Source: an uncultured Gammaproteobacteria bacterium (GTDB lineage Bacteria > Patescibacteriota > Microgenomatia > PFEM01 > JAPLYW01). From it: a stretch of 64,000 nt of DNA. Below are positions 48,653 to 57,279 of this stretch, piece after piece. Every line of letters begins with the position of its first letter. The stretch's first letter is position 1. The stretch lies in contig OZ246397.1 of assembly GCA_965230945.1 (NCBI GenBank), forward strand, positions 175,701 to 239,700, read 5' to 3'. A model generated the notes under the pieces. The model saw only the letters and a program-made list of their open reading frames with translations, was not told the DNA's origin and made no database searches. A program made the translations under genes and the position numbers.

Positions 48653-49582
48653 ATGACGAAATTAAAAAGAGAAGTAATCATAGGGTTTGTTGTTATTATC
48701 GTAAGCATTACGGTTTTATTTATTTGCCGCCATATAGGTCTTATTGGGATCCCTTGGCTTGATTTTCGCACGGTCTATACCGCTTATACAAAAGATGGTT
48801 TTTATTTTACTGAAAAGCAAAAAGTTTGGAGAATGTTTGACCCTACCACAGGTTTGGTTTGGGAAGACGGAACAATCGCTATATACGGTGTGGATTTTAT
48901 GAGAACAAAAAAGAGGGAAATTATAGATAACAAGACAGGACAGAGTATAATCGGTCTTGCTTTGATTGTCAGTAAAGACGGAAAGAGATTTGAAAGAAAG
49001 CCGATTGCAATGGTCAATCTTGATCGTAGCATGCATGGTGCCGACCCAACGATTGTTCGCAGACCGGAAGGCGGCTACCGTATTTATTTTGTGGAATGTG
49101 TTTCAAAAGAAATATTCAGCGCAGTTTCAGATAACGGATATGATTTTGTCTTTGAAGGATCTTTGAACGATATTTATGAAGCTGACCCCGAGATTATCTT
49201 AAGCAAAAACAAAGACAAATATTATATGTTTACCCGCACAGAAGAGCAGGACGGATTTTTATATGTCAGAGAATCTTATGACGGCAGAAGTTTTGGGGAG
49301 CCTTTAAAAATCCGCTCGCCATTCAATGTTAAGTTTGATGTTGTTGATACTGGAGATAAATATATTGCCTATGGAAGGCCATTTTACGGAATAAGAGGAG
49401 GGGGGCTTTCCGATGAGGTGGATTTTGACTTGCGTTATCCAATATTGGCTGAATCAGAAGATGGACTACACTGGGTTTGGGTTGGCAGAACACTTTCCGG
49501 ACCATGGAAAAGCAATAAACCGCTTATAGGTTCAGCTGTTGTTATTAAAGAAAAGAGTGGCGGTTACAGGCTTTTTTGGTAA
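48653..49582 (+). CDS. hypothetical N-terminally anchored protein, possibly a beta-propeller glycoside-hydrolase-like fold
   Basis: 309 aa. TM, then a repeated pattern of D/G-rich beta-strand-like segments (DGTIAIYGVD..., SKDGKRF..., DNGYDFVFEG..., DGRSFGEP...). Assignment weak. Confidence 0.35.
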   Translation: MTKLKREVIIGFVVIIVSITVLFICRHIGLIGIPWLDFRTVYTAYTKDGFYFTEKQKVWRMFDPTTGLVWEDGTIAIYGVDFMRTKKREIIDNKTGQSIIGLALIVSKDGKRFERKPIAMVNLDRSMHGADPTIVRRPEGGYRIYFVECVSKEIFSAVSDNGYDFVFEGSLNDIYEADPEIILSKNKDKYYMFTRTEEQDGFLYVRESYDGRSFGEPLKIRSPFNVKFDVVDTGDKYIAYGRPFYGIRGGGLSDEVDFDLRYPILAESEDGLHWVWVGRTLSGPWKSNKPLIGSAVVIKEKSGGYRLFW

Positions 49583-49682
49583 TAGAAGTAGTATCAGAAA
49601 TACGCCTGCGATCATAGTTTAACAGAAAAATACCTTGTAGAAAACAGATTAAATTAGTATTCTGCTCGGACAAAAGGTACTC

Positions 49683-49790
49683 TTTTTTTATAGTGTCTCA
49701 TTTGTCTCATTTAGCCTCGAGGTGATACGCTTAGATTGTTGAGTTATAATGACTAAAAGGTTCTAGACCGGCCTGTTCAGCAAAATATCC
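49683..49790 (+). repeat. island repeat family, copy R7 (105-nt form)
   Basis: TTTTTATAGTGTCTCATTTGTCTCATTTAGCCTCGAGGTGATACGCTTAGATTGTTGAGTTATAATGACTAAAAGGTTCTAGACCGGCCTGTTCAGCAAAAT. Confidence 0.75.
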
Positions 49791-49844
49791 TATAATTTGA
49801 CTTTGTGCCTTTCTTATATTAACATTTAAAATAATAAAGACATT

Positions 49845-51014
49845 ATGGAAAAAATTAATTCAGAAATATCTCCACCTATCCAAGAAAAAAATGAACCTGC
49901 TAAAAGTCATATTGAAAAATTAGGCAGGTTGTTTCTTTGTAGAAAAATTGTTACTGTTCCATCAAAAACTAAAGATGGTATTGAACGGCCTCTTTCTGTA
50001 AGGGCGTCAAGAGCTGAACTTTATAAAAAATATCGATCCACAGAAAAAGAAAACACTATCAAGCGAAAACAAATAATTGAACAAGCTCATATAAGAGACG
50101 AAATCTTAAAACAGTATTTAAACCAAGGTGAAGTTATTGTAAGCATACCTCACTTAGGCGAACAAAAAGCAAGATATACAACAATAAATCCTTCTGAAAC
50201 TCTCAAAAATAAAGAAAAAGAAGATCAGAACCATGTTTTCCTAATCCCCGGCCTCTCTAATGACATTGACTGTGTCGGAGCTCTAGCCCAAGAAGCTGCT
50301 TTTTTAGGAAAAAGAATTACTGTTATAGCTTTTCCTGAATCGTTCAAAGGAAAAGCTACCCAAGAATTCGCTAATGCAGTAGAAAAAGATAAAGGTTATG
50401 GACCACATGTAGAGTTTTTTAAAAACGCCATCAAACAATTAAGCAAAGAAAAGGACTCTCTTGAGCTTTGGGGACTTTCAACTGGAGCCCCAATTGTTTG
50501 TTCTATACTAAACGACCCGCAATTCGTCCAAAAAACAGAAAATGCCGTTCTCTTTGCTCCCGCAAGTTCTGTTAGCCAACTAGCCATTAGTTTAAATACT
50601 GGAATAATTAACGATTTTTTAGGTTTAAAAAAATTCCGCACTTTTCCTTATTGGAACTACACTTATGAGAGTAAAAAGCCCAGAGAAAAAGAACAAATAA
50701 AATTAAGAAAAGAAATTTATAAATCTCTTCTAAAAAGAACTCGTACCAGACTTGATTATTGGAAAACAGCTAAAGTTAAAGAAAAAGGAAGTATTGTAGT
50801 AGTATCAGGAAGAAAAGATAAAATTACAAAAAGCTCTAATATTAATAATGAAGTATTAAGAAATCCCCAAGTAAAGCTTCTTGATCTGCAAAACATGTAT
50901 CATATAACACCTAATTTAGAACCAAATGAGATTTTGTCTTTGGTTTTTAAATTCCAGAAGGAAGAAAAAGAAAATCTTTGGTCTTTTGATAAACCACCTC
51001 AGGATAAGCTATAA
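49845..51014 (+). CDS. alpha/beta-hydrolase fold protein; last 9 codons encoded by repeat R4
   Basis: GxSxG nucleophile elbow LWGLSTGAP. C-terminal FDKPPQDKL-stop is read from the TTGATAAACCACCTCAGGATAAGCTATAA repeat module. Confidence 0.5.
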   Translation: MEKINSEISPPIQEKNEPAKSHIEKLGRLFLCRKIVTVPSKTKDGIERPLSVRASRAELYKKYRSTEKENTIKRKQIIEQAHIRDEILKQYLNQGEVIVSIPHLGEQKARYTTINPSETLKNKEKEDQNHVFLIPGLSNDIDCVGALAQEAAFLGKRITVIAFPESFKGKATQEFANAVEKDKGYGPHVEFFKNAIKQLSKEKDSLELWGLSTGAPIVCSILNDPQFVQKTENAVLFAPASSVSQLAISLNTGIINDFLGLKKFRTFPYWNYTYESKKPREKEQIKLRKEIYKSLLKRTRTRLDYWKTAKVKEKGSIVVVSGRKDKITKSSNINNEVLRNPQVKLLDLQNMYHITPNLEPNEILSLVFKFQKEEKENLWSFDKPPQDKL

Positions 51015-51150
51015 CCTCTATGGGTTTGAAACCTTCGGCTATAATGATAGAAAGGACCTAGACCATCCTGCTCAGCTCGTTGGGAATAGTACCGTAAGTA
51101 TGGGATCGAAGGGGCCTAGCCCAACCTGCTTCAGCTACGATTTGTTTATT
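50990..51150 (+). repeat. island repeat family, copy R4 (composite: promoter-like module, TATAATGATAGAAAGG module, two CTAGNCC-CCTGCT-CAGC motifs)
   Basis: ...GGACCTAGACCATCCTGCTCAGCTCGTTGGGAATAGTACCGTAAGTATGGGATCGAAGGGGCCTAGCCCAACCTGCTTCAGC. Confidence 0.75.
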
Positions 51151-51638
51151 TTACGAAGTAGGTAGGCGGCAAAATTGTTTCCATATTTTACCTGTAAAGA
51201 TTTCTTTTGCCAGTCTTTACCTGTAACAATTTTTCGGCAATTTTTTACTCGGCAATTACATATCAGCTTATTGTTATTATTTTCAAAAGTCCCATAGTCT
51301 ACAGTAAGTTCCTCCCCTTTTGAAATGTTCCCTAAGGTAAAAAATACATTCTTACCTCGTATGCCGATATTTGGTTCGCATGAATGATTTATATAAAGCA
51401 TGCTTTTCTTTAATTCCTCATTAGTAGTCGGGGCAATATAATGATTGTCATCGATTTGGAGTTCTGAGCCTTTAATAATTTCTTTATTATTATCAATAAA
51501 TTGCTGGTCAACAATACGGCCATTTTTTATAGCCACCTTTTCTCCTTCACGTATATCTTCTTTTGTAAACAAACCCTTACCATGTATCTTACTTTTTTTG
51601 ACTTCAGCTCTAAAAAATGTTTGAGATTCTAACTGCAT
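51135..51638 (-). CDS. SET-domain protein (putative lysine methyltransferase) with post-SET Cys cluster
   Basis: GKGLFTKEDIREGEKV, NHSCEPN and ELTVDYG signature motifs, then CNCRVKNC. Confidence 0.7.
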   Translation of the reverse strand: MQLESQTFFRAEVKKSKIHGKGLFTKEDIREGEKVAIKNGRIVDQQFIDNNKEIIKGSELQIDDNHYIAPTTNEELKKSMLYINHSCEPNIGIRGKNVFFTLGNISKGEELTVDYGTFENNNNKLICNCRVKNCRKIVTGKDWQKKSLQVKYGNNFAAYLLRKINKS

Positions 51639-51704
51639 TAACGAAATTATATCATATAAAAATTCTAATTATAATTATTCATCTTTATGCTAAAAATTCC
51701 AAAG

Positions 51705-51915
51705 TCTTTTGATAAACTTCTCGAGGATAAGCTATAATATTCTTCAGTCGGTGGTTTGGAAATCATCAACTAAGACCAGCAGATTAGGAATAGCACCGTA
51801 AGTATGGGATCGAAGGGGCCCTAGACTAATCTGCTCAATTTTTTCGGAATTAAAACCGTAGGAACACCGTCCAGCTTTAAGGACTAGAAAGATCCAAACT
51901 GTGGAACTCAGCCAA
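51705..51915 (+). repeat. island repeat family, copy R5 (composite, longest copy)
   Basis: TTGATAAACTTCTCGAGGATAAGCTATAAT...AGGAATAGCACCGTAAGTATGGGATCGAAGGGGCCCTAGACTAATCTGCTCAATTTTTTCGGAATTAAAACCGTAGGAAC...GGACTAGAAAGATCC. Lies between two minus-strand genes but keeps plus orientation. Confidence 0.7.
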
Positions 51916-52172
51916 ACAGGACACCCAGGTATTAATTAGTTTATTTGACTTGTTAACTACAACTGATATACCATGTGGAACAACTGTAGAAGGCGGCAAT
52001 CAAGGTCTGGCTCCGGGTACTTCTTCGGGAAGTGAAGGAACGGCAGTTGTTGGAGAATAAATATTAGTTTAAAGAAAAAGAGGAAAAAACATACCCAACG
52101 TCGTCATAAAAGATTTCAATCTTGAAAGAAGATTCAATCAAGAACGCAAAATTACTTACGAAAATATATATA

Positions 52173-52667
52173 TTAAAATTGATTTAAAGCTTCCCTTGCA
52201 ACAATGCCAACTAAATCTTTAAAGCCTTCGGGATTTACTTGATAAGTAATTGCTAGCGCACCGATAAAAATAATGACTGCCAACCACCTGGTATATTTGC
52301 CGCGGGTGCGGACAAACAAAATAATCGAAAGAATAGCCATTATTGCTGGGAATATTGCTTTCAAATCCCCAAAAGTTACATAATAACCGGCTACATACTC
52401 GCCTTCGGTTCCTAAAAATTCAGCTAGATTAAAATTAATCTTAAAAATTACCAGGATAAATTCTAAGATAATGACAGTCAGCATGGTCAAGGAAGCCCAT
52501 TTAGTGGACTTCCCTTCTGTCCTGTAAACCTGGTAAATTACTGCTGGCAGTAAAAAGCCCAGAATATAAAGGACGTTTTTCTGCCAAAATCCCAAAACAA
52601 TGCCAATGACAAGAAGGACTAAAAGGACAGTACATGTTGCTGTTGCGTATTTTGTTGGTTTCGCCAT
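52173..52667 (-). CDS. hypothetical membrane protein (5 TM)
   Basis: 164-aa hydrophobic ORF. Confidence 0.4.
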   Translation of the reverse strand: MAKPTKYATATCTVLLVLLVIGIVLGFWQKNVLYILGFLLPAVIYQVYRTEGKSTKWASLTMLTVIILEFILVIFKINFNLAEFLGTEGEYVAGYYVTFGDLKAIFPAIMAILSIILFVRTRGKYTRWLAVIIFIGALAITYQVNPEGFKDLVGIVAREALNQF

Positions 52668-52735
52668 AGGTTTTGTTTAATTTATTATATTATTTATTTA
52701 TTTGTTTGTTAAGTCAATCTCTAAATATTTAAAAA

Positions 52736-52760
52736 CTTTCTAAACCGGCCTGCTTAACAT
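52736..52760 (+). repeat. island repeat family, degenerate copy R12
   Basis: CTTTCTAAACCGGCCTGCTTAACAT keeps the ACCGGCCTGCT core but has lost the CTAGACC half. Confidence 0.35.
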
Positions 52761-52812
52761 ATGTTTTTTAAAACGATACAACAGTCTTTTTTTGTTATGG
52801 TAAAATTGTTTA

Positions 52813-53811
52813 ATGATAAAAAATAAAACAATACTGGTTGCTGGAGGAGTTGTTTTAGCTATCGTTATGGTTTGGTTGATTGCTTCTTTTATATTATTTA
52901 ATGCCCCTCAGACTCAATCTCAAAAGGAAGAAGTTTTTACAGTTGCATTGAAAACTACTGAAACAGAAATAATAGATAAACTAAAAAACCAGGGGTTTAT
53001 TCGTAATACTTGGGCATTCAATCTAGCCTTAACTATTAAGGATAAACATAATAAAATTGAGAAGGGAGGATACTATCTTTCAAAAAATTTAAACGCTTGG
53101 CGGGTTGCAGATAAACTTACAAGCCCACCCGATATGAAATGGGTAGTTATTCCGGAAGGGCTAAGAAAAGAAGAAATTGGTGAAATCCTAGCCAAGACTT
53201 TTAACTGGAGCAGTGATGATTTAGATAAATGGAATAACACTTATACAGCTATGAAATTTGATTATCTTGAGGGCGTTTATTTCCCTGATACTTATCTTAT
53301 TCCTAAGAAAGAAAATGGATTAGATATCGCTAACCGCATGATTAACCGTTTTAATGAAAAATTTACTCCTTACCTTAATCAGTTTGAAAAACAAAATATC
53401 ATTTGGACAACTGGATTAAGACTTGCCTCTGTAGTTCAGAGAGAGGCAGCAGGTAAACAAGATATGCCGCTTATTGCTGGAATTCTTTGGAATAGACTAT
53501 TAAAAGAGATGAAATTAGAGGTGGATGCTACGGTCCAATATGCACGAGGTAAAACCGATAAAGGCTGGTGGACACCTATTAAACCTGAGGATATAACAGA
53601 GATTGATTCCCCATATAACACTTATAAATATAAAGGGTTACCCCCACATCCAATTGGTAATCCTGGAATTGACGCTATTGAAGCAGTTTTAAACCCAACA
53701 GAAACAGATTGTTTATATTACCTACATGATAGCAATAGACAAATTCATTGTTCCAAAACTTACGAAGAGCATAAAGCTAATATTGAGAAGTATTTAAAAA
53801 ACAAAAAATAG
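52813..53811 (+). CDS. mltG: endolytic murein transglycosylase MltG (YceG family)
   Basis: N-terminal TM. GLPPHPIGNPGIDAIEAVLNPTETDCLYYL...HCSKTYEEH corresponds to the conserved YceG C-terminal block. Confidence 0.75.
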   Translation: MIKNKTILVAGGVVLAIVMVWLIASFILFNAPQTQSQKEEVFTVALKTTETEIIDKLKNQGFIRNTWAFNLALTIKDKHNKIEKGGYYLSKNLNAWRVADKLTSPPDMKWVVIPEGLRKEEIGEILAKTFNWSSDDLDKWNNTYTAMKFDYLEGVYFPDTYLIPKKENGLDIANRMINRFNEKFTPYLNQFEKQNIIWTTGLRLASVVQREAAGKQDMPLIAGILWNRLLKEMKLEVDATVQYARGKTDKGWWTPIKPEDITEIDSPYNTYKYKGLPPHPIGNPGIDAIEAVLNPTETDCLYYLHDSNRQIHCSKTYEEHKANIEKYLKNKK

Positions 53812-53825
53812 GAATTATTTTCTAT

Positions 53826-53930
53826 TTCTTTTTATAGTACCTCATTTGTCTCATTTGGCCTCGGAGTGATACACTTAGAGTATTGAGTTATAGGAACTAA
53901 TAGGTCCCAGACCGACCCGCTTAGCATAGA
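53826..53930 (+). repeat. island repeat family, copy R8 (105-nt form)
   Basis: TTTTTATAGTACCTCATTTGTCTCATTTGGCCTCGGAGTGATACACTTAGAGTATTGAGTTATAGGAACTAATAGGTCCCAGACCGACCCGCTTAGCATAG. Confidence 0.75.
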
Positions 53931-53938
53931 AATTCTTT

Positions 53939-54271
53939 ATGATAGACAAATGTTCTCAGTGTGGTCTTTGCTGTTGTTTATTTTTAGTGAATTTAGCCGA
54001 AGAAGAATACCGGTCAGGCAAATACAGAACTTAGTTTGAGGAGTTTGGCTTGATTGATAACTTCCACAAGGCAGCCGCGTGTGGGGCAAACATTCTCAAA
54101 CAAAAAGAAGATGGCAATTGCATCTATCTTAAGGGAAACAAATGTTCTATTCATAAAATCAGGCCTCAAGTTTGCAGAGAGTTTTTCTGCACCTCGAAGT
54201 TGAAAAAGTTCAGAAAAATGATTGAACAGATTGAAAAGAAGCGAGCTAGTCTGGAAAAGAGAAAGAAGTAA
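53939..54271 (+). pseudogene. YkgJ-family (CxxCxxCC) Fe/Zn-cluster protein gene interrupted by an in-frame TAG at 54032-54034
   Basis: MIDKCSQCGLCC...YRT-TAG-FEEFGLIDNFHKAAACGAN...CIYLKGNKCSIHKIRPQVCREFFC. Both halves are in the same frame (verified codon by codon). The second half is listed as ORF 54050..54271 starting at TTG. Confidence 0.55.
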
Positions 54272-54300
54272 AAGTTCCTAGACCAGCCTACTCAGTTCTA
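54272..54300 (+). repeat. island repeat family, short copy R11
   Basis: GTTCCTAGACCAGCCTACTCAGTTC directly after the ykgJ-like stop codon. Confidence 0.6.
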
Positions 54301-54318
54301 AAAAATAAAATGGTCATG

Positions 54319-55317
54319 CTAATTTTTCTTAAACAAAAATTCAACAATATCGCTTGCTACTTTTCTGGATTGGCCAAAGACGGGGCAATGGTGAATATCA
54401 ATACCAGGACAGTCATTTAACTCTAATACATATGGTTTATTTGCTGATTCATCGTAAATAATATCTACCCCAGTTATTACCATACCAATAGCTTTAGCTG
54501 CCTTAATAGCGATTTTCTTTAGCTCGCAGCTTATTTCATCAGTGACATCTCTGCCGATTCCCCCAGTGCTGATGTTGGCATTTTGTCTTAAAAAAACTTT
54601 TTCTCTTTTTTGCGGAATATAAGTTAACTTTTTATCCTGTTTCTTTAAATTTCTTTTTATTTCCCCGTTAAGCCTTATTTTACATAAAGGTTTTTCATAT
54701 CTTTCTCCTACAAGCGGATTCTGATTAAATTTCTTAATAAGCTGGCGAATGTTGCTGAATCCATCACCAATAACATGAGCAGGAACTCTTTCTATTGCTG
54801 CTGGAACTTTATTGCCAATAACCAACAAACGATAATCTTTCCCCTTAATAAATTCCTCAATCAAAACATTTTTCTTTCCTGGTGTATTAAAAACTAAGGG
54901 CAAAACCTCATCAAATTCTTTTAATGATTCGATGTTGGCAAAGACCTTTTTTCCATGAGCTCCTTTAGCGGGTTTTAAAACGCAGGGAAATAAATTCTTT
55001 TTTGAAATTATTCTTTTTGCTTCTCTTGGAGTTCTGACAAGCCAGCTTTTGGGGATGGGAATTTTATGGCTCCGTAAAATACTTTTAGTTAAAAACTTAT
55101 TATTAGCAATGAAACAGGCTGGTTGGGAGTTAACAGGAAGGGAAGTGCCTTTAATAAACAAAGATTTTCCATTAAAAGTTAGCTTTAAAAGGTGAAAGCG
55201 CTTAGAAATAACCTCAACTTTTATTCCCTTCTCTAGAGCAGCATCTAAAATAACTTGAGTGCTTTGACTTCTAAGCCTTATTTCTCTAGAAACAAATTTG
55301 TTTATTTTATTTGTCAT
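54319..55317 (-). CDS. ATP-grasp domain ligase (RimK/cyanophycin-synthetase-N-like)
   Basis: C-terminal ...RQNANISTGGIGRDVTDEI...VDIIYDESANKPYVLELNDCPG is the ATP-grasp nucleotide/Mg-binding region. N-terminal pre-ATP-grasp domain. Confidence 0.55.
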   Translation of the reverse strand: MTNKINKFVSREIRLRSQSTQVILDAALEKGIKVEVISKRFHLLKLTFNGKSLFIKGTSLPVNSQPACFIANNKFLTKSILRSHKIPIPKSWLVRTPREAKRIISKKNLFPCVLKPAKGAHGKKVFANIESLKEFDEVLPLVFNTPGKKNVLIEEFIKGKDYRLLVIGNKVPAAIERVPAHVIGDGFSNIRQLIKKFNQNPLVGERYEKPLCKIRLNGEIKRNLKKQDKKLTYIPQKREKVFLRQNANISTGGIGRDVTDEISCELKKIAIKAAKAIGMVITGVDIIYDESANKPYVLELNDCPGIDIHHCPVFGQSRKVASDIVEFLFKKN

Positions 55318-55482
55318 TTTTTACCTCGTTTAAACATAGTCATGTCATGATACTAGCCAATCGCATAGGGCAAATAAATAAAAAGATCCCGAGGGAGGGC
55401 AATTAAAGAAAGACTTTTTTTCCTTTTAATTAAGCTTTTCTAATTAAAATTATACCATTTTTTATTAAAAACTTCTAGATTT

Positions 55483-55734
55483 TTGTGGTTGGGCTTCATG
55501 GTTCACAACAGATTGGGAATGTCAACCTTAGATTATGCGTGCTATAATGAACTTATTAATAGTAAAAAAGATACAATAGACAATTTAATAGCTACCTTTC
55601 TCGAAAAAGGCGGTCGGATCAATAAATTTTACCTCCGAAATCGAAAGAAGGGGCCTTCTCTTGTCTATTTGAATGGCTGGTATCGCGGTCGCAATATTCG
55701 TGAAGCAGTGTTGAGGGCGCTTGCAGACCAATAA
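55483..55734 (+). CDS. small hypothetical protein
   Basis: 83-aa ORF with no motif. Confidence 0.3.
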   Translation: MWLGFMVHNRLGMSTLDYACYNELINSKKDTIDNLIATFLEKGGRINKFYLRNRKKGPSLVYLNGWYRGRNIREAVLRALADQ

Positions 55735-55833
55735 TCAATTTTACTCCACGCAAAATATATCTACTTTTCTGACACTTCTCAGGTAAAATTTGGCCTTTTA
55801 TGGTTTTCTTTCTATAAGAAATTAAACCAGGAG

Positions 55834-56160
55834 CTAACGATAACCTCCCCTTCTTGGCCCTCGGTTGTCTCTTCTGGGACCTCCCCCTCTGTTGTCGAAC
55901 CTTGGTTTCTCTTCTCTTGGTTTTGCAACATTAACAGCAATCTTTCTTCCTTCCAACTCAGTCTCATTTAACTTTTCAATAGCTTCATCTGCTTCTTTGT
56001 CGTTTTCCATTTCAACAAAACCAAATCCCTTGCTTTGACCACTATATCTGTCAGTGATTACATCACAAGAAACAACCTTGCCAAATTTGGAGAATATTTC
56101 TTCTAGTTGGGAGCTAGCTATGGTATAAGGAAGCCCTCCAACGAATAATCTTTTGGACAT
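55834..56160 (-). CDS. RRM-type RNA-binding protein with Arg/Gly-rich tail
   Basis: RNP-2 LFVGGL and RNP-1 KGFGFVEM octamer, C-terminal RGGGPRRDNRGPRRGGYR. Confidence 0.75.
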   Translation of the reverse strand: MSKRLFVGGLPYTIASSQLEEIFSKFGKVVSCDVITDRYSGQSKGFGFVEMENDKEADEAIEKLNETELEGRKIAVNVAKPREEKPRFDNRGGGPRRDNRGPRRGGYR

Positions 56161-56340
56161 TTATTTTTCACCACCTTTCTGTTTTAAAATACTGTCTCTG
56201 TCTGACGGATAGAAAAAATCTTTGGAGGATATCTTCTTATCTAACTAGAAGAAACAGGTGTTAACATATCCCTCCTTAAGGAATATGTTCATATTATAAC
56301 ACATTATTTCTTCAACTGCACTGTTTTCTCAAATATAGGG

Positions 56341-56400
56341 TGATTAGACTCTAGACCGACCTGCTCAGCAAATTGGGAATAGTTGGCCGTACTTTTTATA
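56341..56400 (+). repeat. island repeat family, copy R10
   Basis: GACTCTAGACCGACCTGCTCAGCAAATTGGGAATAGTTGGCCGTAC. Here the CTAGACC motif precedes the GGGAATAG module. Confidence 0.65.
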
Positions 56401-56433
56401 GAAAAATATCAAAGGTGTGGTAAGATTGAGTCA

Positions 56434-57117
56434 ATGAAAAAGATTTTGATTATCTTTGCCATTACCATTCTTGTTGTGGTGGTTGTTTTTGGCGCTTTAC
56501 GGCTTTTAGTGGGCGGCGGTGAAGATACTTGGATTTGCGTCGATGGTCAGTGGGTGAAGCACGGCGCGCCTGTCATGCCTAAACCTGAAGAGGGTTGCGG
56601 TGAAGAGAAACTAATTGGCGGCGATAAGGATGAGCATGGCTGCATTGGCTCAGCAGGATATACTTGGTGCGAGTCAAAACAAAAGTGTTTGAGGGAATGG
56701 GAAGAGCCTTGCGAACAAGAAGAAGTTTTTAACTTGCTCAAGGAATTAGAGAAAGAAACACAAATTGATTTTTCGGGGATTGTTAAAACTGAATTCGTTT
56801 GGAAAATAGAAGGCGAGAAGGTAGGTAAAGAGCAAAAAACTGAAGAACTGGTAACAGCTGGTAAAGGTTTTGATGTTGAGAAGATCTCCGATGAGCAGCA
56901 TAGAAGTATCGAGGAATTTTTTAGGGACAATGGTTTTGAAATAGATGTTTACAATGTGGCTGACGGGACTATTGTTAGGGCAACTGGTTACAAGAAGAGT
57001 CAAATTGCTTGTCTAGTTATTGGTGGTGCTAGCGGATACAAAGAAGCAACCGGTCAATGGACTCCGCCCGAGCCAGACATAAAAGATGTTGAAGTAAAAT
57101 GTGGGATGTTGGAGTGA
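56434..57117 (+). CDS. secreted Cys-rich hypothetical protein
   Basis: Signal peptide/TM MKKILIIFAITILVVVVVFG, then 12 Cys in CxxxxC-like spacing. Start taken at the internal Met preceded by AAGATTGAG. Confidence 0.45.
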   Translation: MKKILIIFAITILVVVVVFGALRLLVGGGEDTWICVDGQWVKHGAPVMPKPEEGCGEEKLIGGDKDEHGCIGSAGYTWCESKQKCLREWEEPCEQEEVFNLLKELEKETQIDFSGIVKTEFVWKIEGEKVGKEQKTEELVTAGKGFDVEKISDEQHRSIEEFFRDNGFEIDVYNVADGTIVRATGYKKSQIACLVIGGASGYKEATGQWTPPEPDIKDVEVKCGMLE

Positions 57118-57164
57118 TTTTTAAAAAGCTCACCAGATGATTGTTTTAAATAGATCATCATTTC

Positions 57165-57272
57165 CTTTTTTATACTGTTTCATTTGTCTCATTTAGCCTC
57201 GAAGTGATACACTTAGAATGTTGAGTTATAAGAAAAGAAAGGGCTTAGACCGAGCTACTCAGCAAATTGGAA
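57165..57272 (+). repeat. island repeat family, copy R9 (105-nt form)
   Basis: TTTTTTATACTGTTTCATTTGTCTCATTTAGCCTCGAAGTGATACACTTAGAATGTTGAGTTATAAGAAAAGAAAGGGCTTAGACCGAGCTACTCAGCAAATTGG. Confidence 0.75.
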
Positions 57273-57279
57273 AATAAAA

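Noticed and set aside
51950-52060. 35-codon TTG-initiated ORF MLTTTDIPCGTTVEGGNQGLAPGTSSGSEGTAVVGE next to radical-SAM and ATP-grasp cassettes (possible RiPP precursor)
   Set aside because: No ribosome-binding site. TTG start. The modifying-enzyme genes are in separate repeat-bounded units several kb away. Left as speculation only.
43093-57272. CRISPR array
   Set aside because: Repeats are heterogeneous in length (25-210 nt), mosaic, and separated by whole genes, not 30-40-nt spacers. No cas genes.
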